A DNA stretch of 63,920 nucleotides, filler included, from Lama guanicoe (lineage: Eukaryota): the NCBI GenBank assembly GCA_013239625.1. It is 166 parts of 166 records of this genome, joined end to end, with 100 filler letters (N's around TTAATTAATTAA, not from the genome) between each part and the next. Parts side by side here need not be neighbours in the genome. Positions count along the whole stretch, not along the records: positions 39,313 to 39,598 come from PNXV01053171.1; positions 39,699 to 39,984 come from PNXV01053172.1; positions 40,085 to 40,370 come from PNXV01053173.1; positions 40,471 to 40,756 come from PNXV01053174.1; positions 40,857 to 41,142 come from PNXV01053175.1; positions 41,243 to 41,528 come from PNXV01053176.1; positions 41,629 to 41,914 come from PNXV01053177.1; positions 42,015 to 42,300 come from PNXV01053178.1; 158 more parts are not named here. The stretch is one strand, 5' to 3'. Positions 39,301 through 52,500 of the stretch are shown here, piece after piece. The notes beneath the pieces are model-generated. The model worked only from the letters and a program-made list of their open reading frames with translations, did no database searches and was not told the DNA's origin. The translations under genes and the position numbers were made by a program. Each line of letters begins with the position of its first letter. Position 1 is the first letter of the stretch.

Positions 39301-41699
39301 NNNNNNNNNNNNTAAGAAAATTTCAGATTCCTTTTTATGTGTGCCACCATTCTTGGGCCATGTGCTTGCTGAGTGTGTAAGCCAGGAAACAGGTCTTCCC
39401 ACAGCTCCTGTGTTTGACCATAGTTCTCCTGGGATTCAGGCATTCCCAGATAAGCTGAGGCTGCAGACCCACATAGGCTGGATCCTGATAGGAGATCCCT
39501 GATATTTCCTGCCTGTAATGAATATGAAGTAGCCTGAGCCTCCCTGAGTGAACTGGGTCCCCAGGGATCTTATGTCATCACCACTTACTTGACTTGCTNN
39601 NNNNNNNNNNNNNNNNNNNNNNNNNNNNNNNNNNNNNNNNNNTTAATTAATTAANNNNNNNNNNNNNNNNNNNNNNNNNNNNNNNNNNNNNNNNNNNNAG
39701 TGAGCACCAGAGCTGAGCAGCAATGTGGGGTCCCTCTGTGACCCAGCTAATCCACCTCTGTGTATCAACAGAAATGCATATTGTGTGTGACCCAGTGTCT
39801 GAGGACGTCCCTGGAAGCGCTGTGTGTAGCAGCCAGACACCGGAAAGCACCCACGTGCCCGCAGTAACGGAAGGAGGGGCACATGGTGCTAACGTCACAC
39901 GGTGGAACACCACACAGACCAGGAAACGGTCCACAGTGACCTACGACTGCTTGCAGAAGTGAGCTGGCATCTCACACACGTGGTNNNNNNNNNNNNNNNN
40001 NNNNNNNNNNNNNNNNNNNNNNNNNNNNTTAATTAATTAANNNNNNNNNNNNNNNNNNNNNNNNNNNNNNNNNNNNNNNNNNNNTCTTATGATGACTTTA
40101 AAGGAACCAGTGAAAGCAGCTTTAAGACTTCTCGTGGCACCATGTGTTAGGGAGTGTTTTGGGAGATATCTGATAATAATGGAAAGCAAACACGTGTACG
40201 TTTGGCAGCAGTGTTATCTAGAGCTTTCAGTCCGAACTCCTCCCAGGACCGCCGTTCCTGGGTGGACACAGGACGGAATGGCCACAGCCGACACGTTCAC
40301 TCGGCTGCGTAGAGCCTCAGATTCAGGGGTGCAGTGACAACTTCCCAAGTGGATGGAGCTTTGATCATGGNNNNNNNNNNNNNNNNNNNNNNNNNNNNNN
40401 NNNNNNNNNNNNNNTTAATTAATTAANNNNNNNNNNNNNNNNNNNNNNNNNNNNNNNNNNNNNNNNNNNNCCATTTGTTAAAAAGACTATTAATGTCTCA
40501 TTCAGTTATTTGACACTAGTATTGAAAGTCAACTGACCGTAAATGTGAGAGTTTCTTTTAGATTCTCAGTGGTGATGTGTTGATCTATGTCTGTTTTTTG
40601 CCAGTACCAATTCATATGTTATGAGACCTGTTTCCGAGTCATCTTGCATATTACGAGTTGTTTTACATAGTAATAAAAAGTCAGTGTCGTGGGATGTCTG
40701 TAACTACTTCTGTGGAGATTTGCTGCTTCCTAAAGGGGCCTGTGGCCAGCTTATGCNNNNNNNNNNNNNNNNNNNNNNNNNNNNNNNNNNNNNNNNNNNN
40801 TTAATTAATTAANNNNNNNNNNNNNNNNNNNNNNNNNNNNNNNNNNNNNNNNNNNNAAGACAGCAGCAGGGCCCCTTCGTTTCAGGCCCCTTCTATTTGT
40901 AGATCACGCACTCTGTCAATGAACTCTATGGAATGTTTCATTAGCTCTCAGTTCTCGTTAAAGATTACCTGGTGGTATCATATGACTTACGTTTTTTCTT
41001 TACTAGATTTTTCATAACTTCGACTTTCTAAAGACTTCAAAATCAAACTAAGATATTGGCCTCGGGATATCTTCTATAACAGTTCCTAAATCTTTGTATC
41101 CCTAAATCAGTTCAGTAACTTCCAACTTTTACAACCCAAGCTNNNNNNNNNNNNNNNNNNNNNNNNNNNNNNNNNNNNNNNNNNNNTTAATTAATTAANN
41201 NNNNNNNNNNNNNNNNNNNNNNNNNNNNNNNNNNNNNNNNNNATAGATATCCTTTGGGGGCTAATAATGTTTGAATTAGAAATGAAATAGACATGATAGT
41301 ATTGTTATGATAGAAGTGTTCACTTAATTTGTGTTCTACAAATAGTAATGATCTGAATGATAATGTAGTATGATAGTAATGACCTCAAGGGTTTAAGAAA
41401 ATGTAAGCTATCAGATATTACTAAGGGTGACTCAAAAGGTCTCAGGAGCCAACTAGAAAAGACTCTCACTGACCAAATGTCAGAAATTATAAACAACCCC
41501 AAGAATGATAACTGTAGTGGAAGAAAACNNNNNNNNNNNNNNNNNNNNNNNNNNNNNNNNNNNNNNNNNNNNTTAATTAATTAANNNNNNNNNNNNNNNN
41601 NNNNNNNNNNNNNNNNNNNNNNNNNNNNCCACCCACACTTCATGTGCTAAACAGTCACTACATGTAGCTGGTGGCTTCTGCACTGGACAGTGCAGACCA

Positions 41700-41914
41700 G
41701 GCATACAGAGAGAGTCAGACTTCCAGAACTGGCAACTTGTTGTATTTGAAATGTCCAGTTTTCTAGAAATTATCACAAAGCATGGAAAGAAACAAGAAAG
41801 TAGGGTCCATTTACAGAGGAAATTAATACAAACTGTCCCCAGAGAAGCACAGGCACTGGACTTACCAGACAAAGACTTTAAATCAGTTTTCTTAAATATC
41901 CTCAAAAAGCTAAA
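41700..41914 (+). mobile_element. Ancient L1M fragment near ORF1, preceded by a MER3-like hAT end (about 41635-41697)
   Basis: aagcatggaaagaaacaagaaagta...ctggacttaccagacaaagactttaaatcag; upstream catgtagctggtggct..tgcactggacagtgcag. Confidence 0.7.
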
Positions 41915-44900
41915 NNNNNNNNNNNNNNNNNNNNNNNNNNNNNNNNNNNNNNNNNNNNTTAATTAATTAANNNNNNNNNNNNNNNNNNNNNNNNNNNNNN
42001 NNNNNNNNNNNNNNTAACAAGGCTACCAATCTCATTAGTAATTAAGGATATGTGAATTTAAAATATAATGAAATGATGTATCATTACACATACACTAGAT
42101 TGACAAGATGTTTAAATCAAGCAAGAATATAGAGCTAATGGCAGGGGGAGGCGGGCTGCCCTACTGAGCAGGTGCATTTGCCCCAGGCTCCCATCCCCCA
42201 ACACCTGGCTTGCGGGCAGCCTTTGCTGCCCCCAGTGGCGGGACACACATCTCCTAGTTTGCTTACTGGAGGCTGGTGAGATGTGGTCAGCTGGTAGCGG
42301 NNNNNNNNNNNNNNNNNNNNNNNNNNNNNNNNNNNNNNNNNNNNTTAATTAATTAANNNNNNNNNNNNNNNNNNNNNNNNNNNNNNNNNNNNNNNNNNNN
42401 AAAAGACTTTTGGCAAATTGTTTTGTTACCACCAAAGTGGGGGACAAGGGAGGTCTTTCCATGCACCTCCCAATTTCCTTTTCTTCAGGGTATGTAACTG
42501 TATCAACCCACAGCAGCCAACAGAGAACTCCGTTTGTCAGGCTGGCAAAATAAATATGTTTTGACATATGACGCATTTCTATTATTCTCTCTTCCGGTTG
42601 CTGTAGCCCCAGCTCAGGTGGAGGAAGGTGGTGTCTAGCTATCCCATTTCCTTAATCCCACAGCTTTGGGCGTCTGCTTAGTCATCNNNNNNNNNNNNNN
42701 NNNNNNNNNNNNNNNNNNNNNNNNNNNNNNTTAATTAATTAANNNNNNNNNNNNNNNNNNNNNNNNNNNNNNNNNNNNNNNNNNNNTCGTTTTCCACAAA
42801 CACTCTGGGGACAGGCTGTTTCCACAGCATGAGTTTGAGATAAGTCAAATGGTGACAGCTCTGTGGGGACAGATTTTTTGGGTAACATCAAATCATTTCT
42901 GCCCCTACTTTGATTGTGAGACTCTTGCTTTTAAAGGCCACCATTTAGGTGAGGATACGGGGATGGCAATAGATCAAGTTACAGTGCAACAAAACTCACT
43001 ATATTTATGGAGATTTAGCTAGATTTTTCTCAAATAAACACTCCCCAGATTGCTGGAAGCCTTTGTTTAATTNNNNNNNNNNNNNNNNNNNNNNNNNNNN
43101 NNNNNNNNNNNNNNNNTTAATTAATTAANNNNNNNNNNNNNNNNNNNNNNNNNNNNNNNNNNNNNNNNNNNNCACTGGGGAAGAAAGATGGACTCCTGGG
43201 AGCAGAGCCTCTGTCGGGGATGGAGGGGAGGTCCGTGCACACACTCACACACTCACTCGCCCTTATTAGTGTGGGATGCGATGTGTGGGGGCCCTGGCTG
43301 GCTCCTTCCTCTAGGTCCTCAGGGGAGCCTTCCCCAGCATCCTATTACACCTTTAGCTTTTGACTTAGACCAAGCACAGCAAATGCTGCCTCAATTCACA
43401 GTTACATTACTCTACGTGGGTGTCTGTTTTGACTGAATTACCAGCTTCCCGCAACCTGNNNNNNNNNNNNNNNNNNNNNNNNNNNNNNNNNNNNNNNNNN
43501 NNTTAATTAATTAANNNNNNNNNNNNNNNNNNNNNNNNNNNNNNNNNNNNNNNNNNNNTAAAAAATAAGCATATTGCAGATTATATTCTTTGATTTCAGA
43601 GAACTTGGTAAGTCTAGAATAAAGTTAATTTTTCTGTATTTGTTTAAAGAATAGAATTAAAGAATAAATATTTATATATTGAATTGTACTCCACAACTTG
43701 CCTTTTTAATTCTCATGGTTTACTTATTAAAAAAAATTATACTTTAGACCCCAAAGGAGACTTCAATGAATTTTTTAAAAGGAGAAATATTTGAGGCTAC
43801 ATTCCATGGTTAGTATATATCCAACTCAAACTATGGTTAGAAAANNNNNNNNNNNNNNNNNNNNNNNNNNNNNNNNNNNNNNNNNNNNTTAATTAATTAA
43901 NNNNNNNNNNNNNNNNNNNNNNNNNNNNNNNNNNNNNNNNNNNNATCATCCAAAATATCTCCTAGAAAACAATCTACTTTCCCAAGAGGATCATGGAGGC
44001 CGTCTGACTTTGGTCCTCAGTCCCCTTCCTGCACAATCACTGTATTTGGCACATCCTCTGCTTCCTTGCTTCCTGGGTCCACAGAGGATACAGTTCATTT
44101 CATCAGTAAAGACAAATCTCTCTCCTGTCTCTTGATGCTGCCCTAACCTGCCGTCTCCTCTGCTTCTTCCTACTAGGTACTTTTGCTCTGCAGCTTTGAG
44201 ATGGTCTGCTCTCACATGCATCGATTTAAANNNNNNNNNNNNNNNNNNNNNNNNNNNNNNNNNNNNNNNNNNNNTTAATTAATTAANNNNNNNNNNNNNN
44301 NNNNNNNNNNNNNNNNNNNNNNNNNNNNNNAAAAAATGTTTTCCTTGTGATGAGAACTCTTAGGATTTACTCTCTTAACTTTTGGCTCCATTCCTGGTGT
44401 GATTAAGAAATTAAGTTGGACAGCATAATATTTGTGGGAAACATCTGTTGCTTTTGCCCCCTCCCCCCCTTATCCCTTCATCCATTCACTCTTCTGCAAA
44501 CTATCTAGCATCTTCTCCCTGGGGAACCACAGCTTCTCTGCTCACAGGACAAGTACTTCTGATGTTTCAAGGAGAGTTGACTTCAGCTCCAGCTCCAGGG
44601 GAGGGCATGTGGTTCANNNNNNNNNNNNNNNNNNNNNNNNNNNNNNNNNNNNNNNNNNNNTTAATTAATTAANNNNNNNNNNNNNNNNNNNNNNNNNNNN
44701 NNNNNNNNNNNNNNNNTTCAACGGTGTCATCAGAGGTGAAGCACGGATCAGGGCACGCTCCAGCATGTGAGAGTGAGATGGAGCCTTGCCTGCAGGTCCC
44801 AGATACGGTCACCCTGCGGAGGCACCGAATCGCCGTGCCTGCTTGAGATCCCCGCTCCGTGCCAGAAGGGGTCTGTCGGCTTCCTGTCAACTGTGCTCTC

Positions 44901-45149
44901 TCAAGTGACGCCCTGGATGTGGACAAAGGACGGTCAGGGATTCTCCCTCCAGGACTGATATGCTTGGTTTGTAGATCTCAGGACAGAAACGTTTATTTGT
45001 GCNNNNNNNNNNNNNNNNNNNNNNNNNNNNNNNNNNNNNNNNNNNNTTAATTAATTAANNNNNNNNNNNNNNNNNNNNNNNNNNNNNNNNNNNNNNNNNN
45101 NNGGCAATCATGATTTTTCACACTCATTGAGTGTTTTTAACACTCACTT

Positions 45150-45340
45150 TACTCTATTTAAAGGACTATGCAAAGCACTTTCTGTGTGTTGTCTCTCTAC
45201 CATTTAATTCCCACCACCTGATAAGTTCAAATTTTATACTCACTTTACAAATGAAGAAACCACAGCAGAGAAAATTAAAACTGCAGTCCAAAGAGACAAT
45301 GCTTAGAATCAGATCCTAGCAGCCTAACTAGAAACCCATG
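45150..45340. mobile_element. MIR SINE fragment
   Basis: gactatgcaaagcacttt...catttaattcccaccacc...cactttacaaatgaagaaac. Confidence 0.7.
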
Positions 45341-45874
45341 TTTTGTTAGTTTTTCAATATGCAATAATTCTTCAAAAATAGTTTGAAANNNNNNNNNNNN
45401 NNNNNNNNNNNNNNNNNNNNNNNNNNNNNNNNTTAATTAATTAANNNNNNNNNNNNNNNNNNNNNNNNNNNNNNNNNNNNNNNNNNNNCAGTTAGCTGTA
45501 ATGATGAATCAAAACTAATGAGATTAAACTCAATAAAGAACAATGTAAAATTTTTGAAGATTTTTAGAAAAAAATAGAATGTGTGTAACCAGAAGAGACA
45601 TGATATTCTCCAAGTGCTTAAAAGTCATCTAAGGGCAATCTAAGGGAGATTATTAGGGACCATATATCTAAGGAAGGTTTCATCTAAAGATTTAGATATA
45701 AATTCTGGATCTTAAGAACATCTGCTACAGCAGTTGACAATAGTAATTTTTAAAATAAAAATATCCAATATGTTNNNNNNNNNNNNNNNNNNNNNNNNNN
45801 NNNNNNNNNNNNNNNNNNTTAATTAATTAANNNNNNNNNNNNNNNNNNNNNNNNNNNNNNNNNNNNNNNNNNNN

Positions 45875-45933
45875 CAGGTCTCGGTCAGGGCCAGGGCCCC
45901 CGAGAGCAGCAGGAGGAGGGTTCCAGGCGTCAT
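45875..45933 (-). CDS. MHC class I heavy chain exon 1 (leader peptide), partial
   Basis: Minus strand ATGACGCCTGGAACCCTCCTCCTGCTGCTCTCGGGGGCCCTGGCCCTGACCGAGACCTG translates to MTPGTLLLLLSGALALTET(W), close to the HLA/BoLA leader MAPRTLLLLLSGALALTETWA. Confidence 0.93.
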
Positions 45934-46160
45934 GACCCGCCTGCTCTGAGTCGGGGAAGCTGAGTGGAGGCGGGTCCGTGCCGACTTTATAGCAGGGAGT
46001 CGCAGTGACGCTGATTGGCTTCTCTAGAAAACAGACACCAATGGGAGTGAGAAGTAGGGTCGCGTCAGGAATGTCCGGGCAGAAGGGCCCGACACAGGTT
46101 GTGAGAGAGAAAGTGAAACCCGGGGAGATGGGGAGTCCGCAGTACCGAGCGTCCCCGCCC
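45934..46160 (-). promoter_or_regulatory. MHC class I proximal promoter (enhancer A kB site, ISRE, SXY module, CCAAT, TATA)
   Basis: In order on the minus strand: GCGGACTCCCC (46130-46140), GGTTTCACTTTCT (46108-46120), CAACCT (46096-46101), TGACGC (46062-46067), ATTGG Y box (46038-46042), CCAAT (46014-46018), TATAAA (45986-45991). Colinear with the HLA-B promoter. Confidence 0.92.
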
Positions 46161-46646
46161 NNNNNNNNNNNNNNNNNNNNNNNNNNNNNNNNNNNNNNNN
46201 NNNNTTAATTAATTAANNNNNNNNNNNNNNNNNNNNNNNNNNNNNNNNNNNNNNNNNNNNTCCAGACATTGACAGCAGAATGTGAAACCAAGCTTGAGGC
46301 CCTTCTGAGAGCGGGACTGTCTGTGATTTAAAAAAAAAAATCAGAGGCAAATCTAATTTGATCTTGAGTACCCAGATGTTAGCACCACCCTCCAGGTTCC
46401 AGAAACCAATCTGGACAATTTGCTGAAGAGTGCCCTTGGAGGCACCTCTTTTTTAATTGCGTTCCCTTGTTCATCTCAGTTCCATTGATTTACTTGCAGA
46501 TTACTCACAGGCATTGCATCCAAGCTGTACCTTGGCAGGGAGGTCGNNNNNNNNNNNNNNNNNNNNNNNNNNNNNNNNNNNNNNNNNNNNTTAATTAATT
46601 AANNNNNNNNNNNNNNNNNNNNNNNNNNNNNNNNNNNNNNNNNNNN

Positions 46647-46860
46647 CCATGTAGCATTTTCATGGAATGACTTTTTCCAACCTTTAACACTCAGCTTGTG
46701 TTTGCCCTTCAATCTAAAGTATACTTCTTGTAGACAGCACATAATCGTATCTCACTGTTGCTTTTTTAAATCCACTCATCCAATCTATGTCTATGATTGG
46801 GGAGTTTAAACCGTTTACACCAAAAATCATTTTTGATACTGAAGTACTTAGAATTGCCAT
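46647..46860 (-). mobile_element. Ancient L1 ORF2 endonuclease-region fragment
   Basis: tcttgtagacagca.ata...ttttaaatccactca.ccaatctatgtct..gattggggagtttaa.cc.tttaca. Confidence 0.8.
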
Positions 46861-47032
46861 TTTGCCTCCTGAGGGAGAGGCTATCAAGCTGTGCTGGCTT
46901 CCATCTGCTAACTGTGGGTCCTCTGGACCAGGNNNNNNNNNNNNNNNNNNNNNNNNNNNNNNNNNNNNNNNNNNNNTTAATTAATTAANNNNNNNNNNNN
47001 NNNNNNNNNNNNNNNNNNNNNNNNNNNNNNNN

Positions 47033-47318
47033 CAAAGGAATGAATTCAATGAGCCCAAATGTTTGCTTCCTCCCATACATGAATTCTTTAACTTGAGATG
47101 CCTGGTTTTCTTTAGTTAAATGAGGCAGGTAGCCCCCTAAAAAGACTAGCAGGACCTCCAGGCACAGCCACTACTCTCCTGCCAGCACATCCAGTTCCCT
47201 GGCCCAGAGGCTGTATCTCACCTTTTGCCTCTGAAACAGCTTACTTACCCCTAAAGTTCTATTGGTTCTCTGAGCTCACTCCTGATTGGTTATTTCCCTC
47301 ACTCCTGATTGGTTATTT
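47033..47318. mobile_element. ERV LTR-like sequence with a tandem 23-bp CCAAT-box repeat
   Basis: The first ~85 bp are homologous to 54549-54648. ctcactcctgattggttattt occurs twice at 47275-47318 with period 23. Confidence 0.6.
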
Positions 47319-49348
47319 NNNNNNNNNNNNNNNNNNNNNNNNNNNNNNNNNNNNNNNNNNNNTTAATTAATTAANNNNNNNNNNNNNNNNNNNNNNNNNN
47401 NNNNNNNNNNNNNNNNNNACAGAACTGCCGAGAAGTGCTAAGAACACTGAGGTTCTAGGCACGAGGTTCTAGACTATCGGGCGCAATCACCCACACGCAT
47501 GACTCTCAACAGCAATGCCAGGCAGCTCAGAAACAGGGATGTGAGGAGCACAGGGGAGCGGTGACCCTGGGTTTGAGATGGGCCCAGGGCAAGATGGAGG
47601 AGGTGAGGGGATCCTGGGTGCTTGGAGGGGCAGCATTGAAACACTACACCCTTTGTATTTGTGAGAACATTAATTCTGCAACAATTCCCATCCTACAATG
47701 TTGANNNNNNNNNNNNNNNNNNNNNNNNNNNNNNNNNNNNNNNNNNNNTTAATTAATTAANNNNNNNNNNNNNNNNNNNNNNNNNNNNNNNNNNNNNNNN
47801 NNNNTTAGGACATCAGAAACACCGCCAGGGACTTCCGAATGAACTCCTTATGCTGGGAAAAGCATATCACGGAGTATGGGTAAGAGCAGGGAAATGTTCA
47901 TTCTCACATTGTCCCTATGATTAAGTCAACGGCCCCACTTTGCCTCGAAAGTGCTGACGAGCTCTTCTGGGCTGCCTACCCCCCCACCTTCTGGTCTGTT
48001 TCCCCTTGTATCTATCGTGCTCTCCCTCGTGCAGAAGATTCTGAGATGCCTTTGCCGAGAGGTGGTCCCTGTTTGCTGGGGAGAGTGAGGNNNNNNNNNN
48101 NNNNNNNNNNNNNNNNNNNNNNNNNNNNNNNNNNTTAATTAATTAANNNNNNNNNNNNNNNNNNNNNNNNNNNNNNNNNNNNNNNNNNNNCTCCAACAAG
48201 CCCCGTGGTTTCTGCATTTCAGCCTGGGTTCTGTAGATGGCCACGGAAATGGCAGGAGATCTGGCCCAGGGAACTGATGCCGGATGCACGGCATCTGCCC
48301 GGCTTCAGAGCGATGCCGAGACCGGGGTCCCGCTGTTTATTTCCGGCGCTTCTGGAAAGGTTTGAATGGGACCGGCACGCGCTTCTGAATTCTTTTCATT
48401 TCTGTTTGGTTTGTGGAAAGAAAATAAAGCCACATAATTAAAACAAGCCTAGCTCTCCTATGTACCTGGAGGCCAANNNNNNNNNNNNNNNNNNNNNNNN
48501 NNNNNNNNNNNNNNNNNNNNTTAATTAATTAANNNNNNNNNNNNNNNNNNNNNNNNNNNNNNNNNNNNNNNNNNNNGGTTCCTGGACTCCAAAACCACAG
48601 CGTGTCTAGGTGCTACTTTTCCCCTTATTTAGCCCATAGCTTTGCCACTGACACAACCCTTTGCTGACCTCTTTTCCTTTTGCATTTTTCCCCGTATTAA
48701 AATGTCACCATCTAAAACTTTTCTGTATGAAAACTAGAAACTTTGCGTTGTCAGGGACTGAATGTGCCTGTTTTCCAACAGTTTCTGGCAGTTCCTGGCT
48801 TTTATGGTGTAGTCATGGTGAAACCTGAGTCATCTAAAGATGGTGACAGTGCCAAGGAGCTGNNNNNNNNNNNNNNNNNNNNNNNNNNNNNNNNNNNNNN
48901 NNNNNNTTAATTAATTAANNNNNNNNNNNNNNNNNNNNNNNNNNNNNNNNNNNNNNNNNNNNCAGAAAGATCTCATATCAAAAGCACACAGTCTACAGGA
49001 GAACACTGAGCACCTCCTTTTTTGTTTTTTTAAATCTCTTTTTACCTGTTCTATTTTCTATCACCCTTTTAATTTTTATTTCTTAATTCATTTTTATTTC
49101 TCTTGTCTTTGATGTCCTGTTATTGATTACACACAGGTTTCAGTACATCTTTTCCACTTTTCTCCTTTTTTGTAAAGGTTTTTAAATGACATCTCAACCC
49201 AATTGCTATTCTGCTTCAACTTGCTCTTCTATCATTCATTATACACTCNNNNNNNNNNNNNNNNNNNNNNNNNNNNNNNNNNNNNNNNNNNNTTAATTAA
49301 TTAANNNNNNNNNNNNNNNNNNNNNNNNNNNNNNNNNNNNNNNNNNNN

Positions 49349-49502
49349 AATGGAATATTATTCAGCCATAAAAAAGAAGTAGATCCTGCCATTTGTGACA
49401 ACATGGATGGATCTTGAGGGCATTATGCTAACTGAAAATAACTCAGAGAGAAAAAGACAAATTACCACATGATCTCACTTATACGTGGAATCTAAAAAAA
49501 AA
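49349..49502 (+). mobile_element. LINE-1 ORF2 end and 3'UTR start
   Basis: aatggaatattattcagccataaaaaagaa...gccatttgtgacaacatggatgga...atctcacttatacgtggaatctaaaaa. Confidence 0.9.
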
Positions 49503-52500
49503 GGACGTGAAGGCAATAGAGGAAAGCTGTTACTAGGCTGTTGACAATAAATCTTGGACAAAGCTATTAAAAAGTCATAGTAGTGGTATAAGAAGACTCT
49601 GCTGCTGTCTTCTTGGGAAGGGGCTTCACAGAAGNNNNNNNNNNNNNNNNNNNNNNNNNNNNNNNNNNNNNNNNNNNNTTAATTAATTAANNNNNNNNNN
49701 NNNNNNNNNNNNNNNNNNNNNNNNNNNNNNNNNNAGATTTGATCTCAGAAGAATCTTCCTCAAAAAGGCTATGCTCTTTACCATTATAGTATTCTTAAAC
49801 TGGTCACCCAATCTTCAAAAATGTATGTGAAATTTGTAATAATGGAAAATCACACCAACAAAGCAAAATGGTAAAACTGAGTTTCTTAAATTGAATGACT
49901 AGTTAAGATTCTAATAAAAATGAGTTTTTATTATTGAGTCTAAATTTGTACTGCTTACCACATAACAGGCCAATAAACTGAGACAAAAGTTGTTAGGGCA
50001 AGGAAAAGTGACTTTATCTGNNNNNNNNNNNNNNNNNNNNNNNNNNNNNNNNNNNNNNNNNNNNTTAATTAATTAANNNNNNNNNNNNNNNNNNNNNNNN
50101 NNNNNNNNNNNNNNNNNNNNTTTTAGTCACATATTTATACAATTATTAATGTCCAAAGGAACCAAACCCTGAATGAAAAAGGAGAACACAAAGTTCTCAG
50201 AAAATGAAATATAAATGCAGCCCTAACACATGTGAAAGGTACTCATCCCTCTCATGAAAGGAAAAATGCAGATTAAGAGTGTACAGAAATATTTCTCACC
50301 TATGTGACTGGCAAAAATTCAGAAGTGTACCACTATGCCAGCTGCTGGGGATGCTGTAGAGAAGCAGGTACTGACTTACACTGCTGGCGAGTATGCAGGA
50401 GGTTTCNNNNNNNNNNNNNNNNNNNNNNNNNNNNNNNNNNNNNNNNNNNNTTAATTAATTAANNNNNNNNNNNNNNNNNNNNNNNNNNNNNNNNNNNNNN
50501 NNNNNNCAAGTGTCATCCAAGACCATTACAGCTCCAGAGACACCCCATAAACCATATAACCTTCTTTAGCTAAGTACACACCAGAAGAGTTGTTCTTTGT
50601 TGACTGGACAAGTCTTTTATTACCTTGTAAGTAATAAAATAAGAAAGAGGCCACTTCTGAAAGTTTTATTTGGAGATCCTGAATTTATCTTTAACCATTC
50701 ATTCTTAATTAGAGGTCACCTGTACTCTCCATTATTCCAATCCTTCATTTTACTTTGAAATAATTTTAGACTTTCAAAAAGGGTAAAATATTNNNNNNNN
50801 NNNNNNNNNNNNNNNNNNNNNNNNNNNNNNNNNNNNTTAATTAATTAANNNNNNNNNNNNNNNNNNNNNNNNNNNNNNNNNNNNNNNNNNNNAAGGTCCC
50901 CTGGTGATTCCAACATGCAGCCAAGGCTGACAAGTCCAGAAATAAAGACTAAAGTGCATCTAAACAGCACCCACATTTCCTGGGTTATCTCATCTATATC
51001 CACGTGGGGATACCATGCCTCCTATTTTGGCCGGACTTGTTCTTCCTGCTCAACCGTGTCCCATTCTTACTCAATTTCTGCCTGGCCCCTCTTCCAGAAC
51101 TCTAGAAGTAAGGTGACTAAGAGAGAGAGAGAACAGCAGAATGTGGATCTTCAGTGATGACTGATGTTTCAGAAATCTNNNNNNNNNNNNNNNNNNNNNN
51201 NNNNNNNNNNNNNNNNNNNNNNTTAATTAATTAANNNNNNNNNNNNNNNNNNNNNNNNNNNNNNNNNNNNNNNNNNNNTTTGGTCAGCTTCATTCTAAAA
51301 GACTGCAATGTGTGGAGCAGATAATAGCCACTAACTCGTGTAGGTACGTGATGATTGCCATCCTTCGCTGAGGGCCCTGAGAGAAGGACGTGTTAGTTAG
51401 CCCATTTCACCTTGAAGCTCCTGAAAGCAGAGTAGTCACAGGTCTAAGTCCCACCAGGGAAATTAGGGTCCAGGCTCTGTCTGTCACCCACCACATTTTC
51501 CCCAGTGCCTGCCACGTGTGCTGCTCTAGGCATAGACACAGTGGGGTGACACCCACAAGGGGGGNNNNNNNNNNNNNNNNNNNNNNNNNNNNNNNNNNNN
51601 NNNNNNNNTTAATTAATTAANNNNNNNNNNNNNNNNNNNNNNNNNNNNNNNNNNNNNNNNNNNNACTTCTTTTAATTTTATTCCTGTTATTACACAGGGG
51701 CCCTACTGACATGCAGGTAAGGTGATGTGGTGGTGGGACAGAGGGGAGCATCTGTAGTTCTGTGGTTAGTTCTCATTGAGCCTGTGCCCTGAGCTGTGAC
51801 CTCCACTAGCGTGTCTCTTTCCCCCCACCACAATTTGGGTGAGACAGAAGGGATTTAACTTCCCCCGGGTTGGTTAGGCTCTGGTAAAATAATTTCTCAT
51901 TAAAAAAAAAAACAAACAAAAAACAACTTCCCCCAATGAAACAGAATGTTNNNNNNNNNNNNNNNNNNNNNNNNNNNNNNNNNNNNNNNNNNNNTTAATT
52001 AATTAANNNNNNNNNNNNNNNNNNNNNNNNNNNNNNNNNNNNNNNNNNNNACAAAACAGGCTGTTCTAGTTAGCATAAAGTTTAAGTTAAATAATAAATG
52101 AGCCAGAATGACTTCCCCATACTTCAATATGTGAAAATTTCTTCCATCAGAATTTAGTTTGTCTCACTTTCAAGCCCACGTTTTTAACCACTACACAGAG
52201 GGCTCATGGACAGCCTCAGTAGAGAGAGAATAATTGTTTTGATGTGTTAAATTAATTCTATGAAATAAAAGGCAGATTTGGAAGGTTGATACTTATGTAC
52301 CAATTAGAGTTTGACCTCTGATGTTTAGCAATTTAANNNNNNNNNNNNNNNNNNNNNNNNNNNNNNNNNNNNNNNNNNNNTTAATTAATTAANNNNNNNN
52401 NNNNNNNNNNNNNNNNNNNNNNNNNNNNNNNNNNNNCAAATGCACTTTATATATTAGAGAAAAATCTCTCGATTACTACATGAAGCCACAGTAATAAAAG

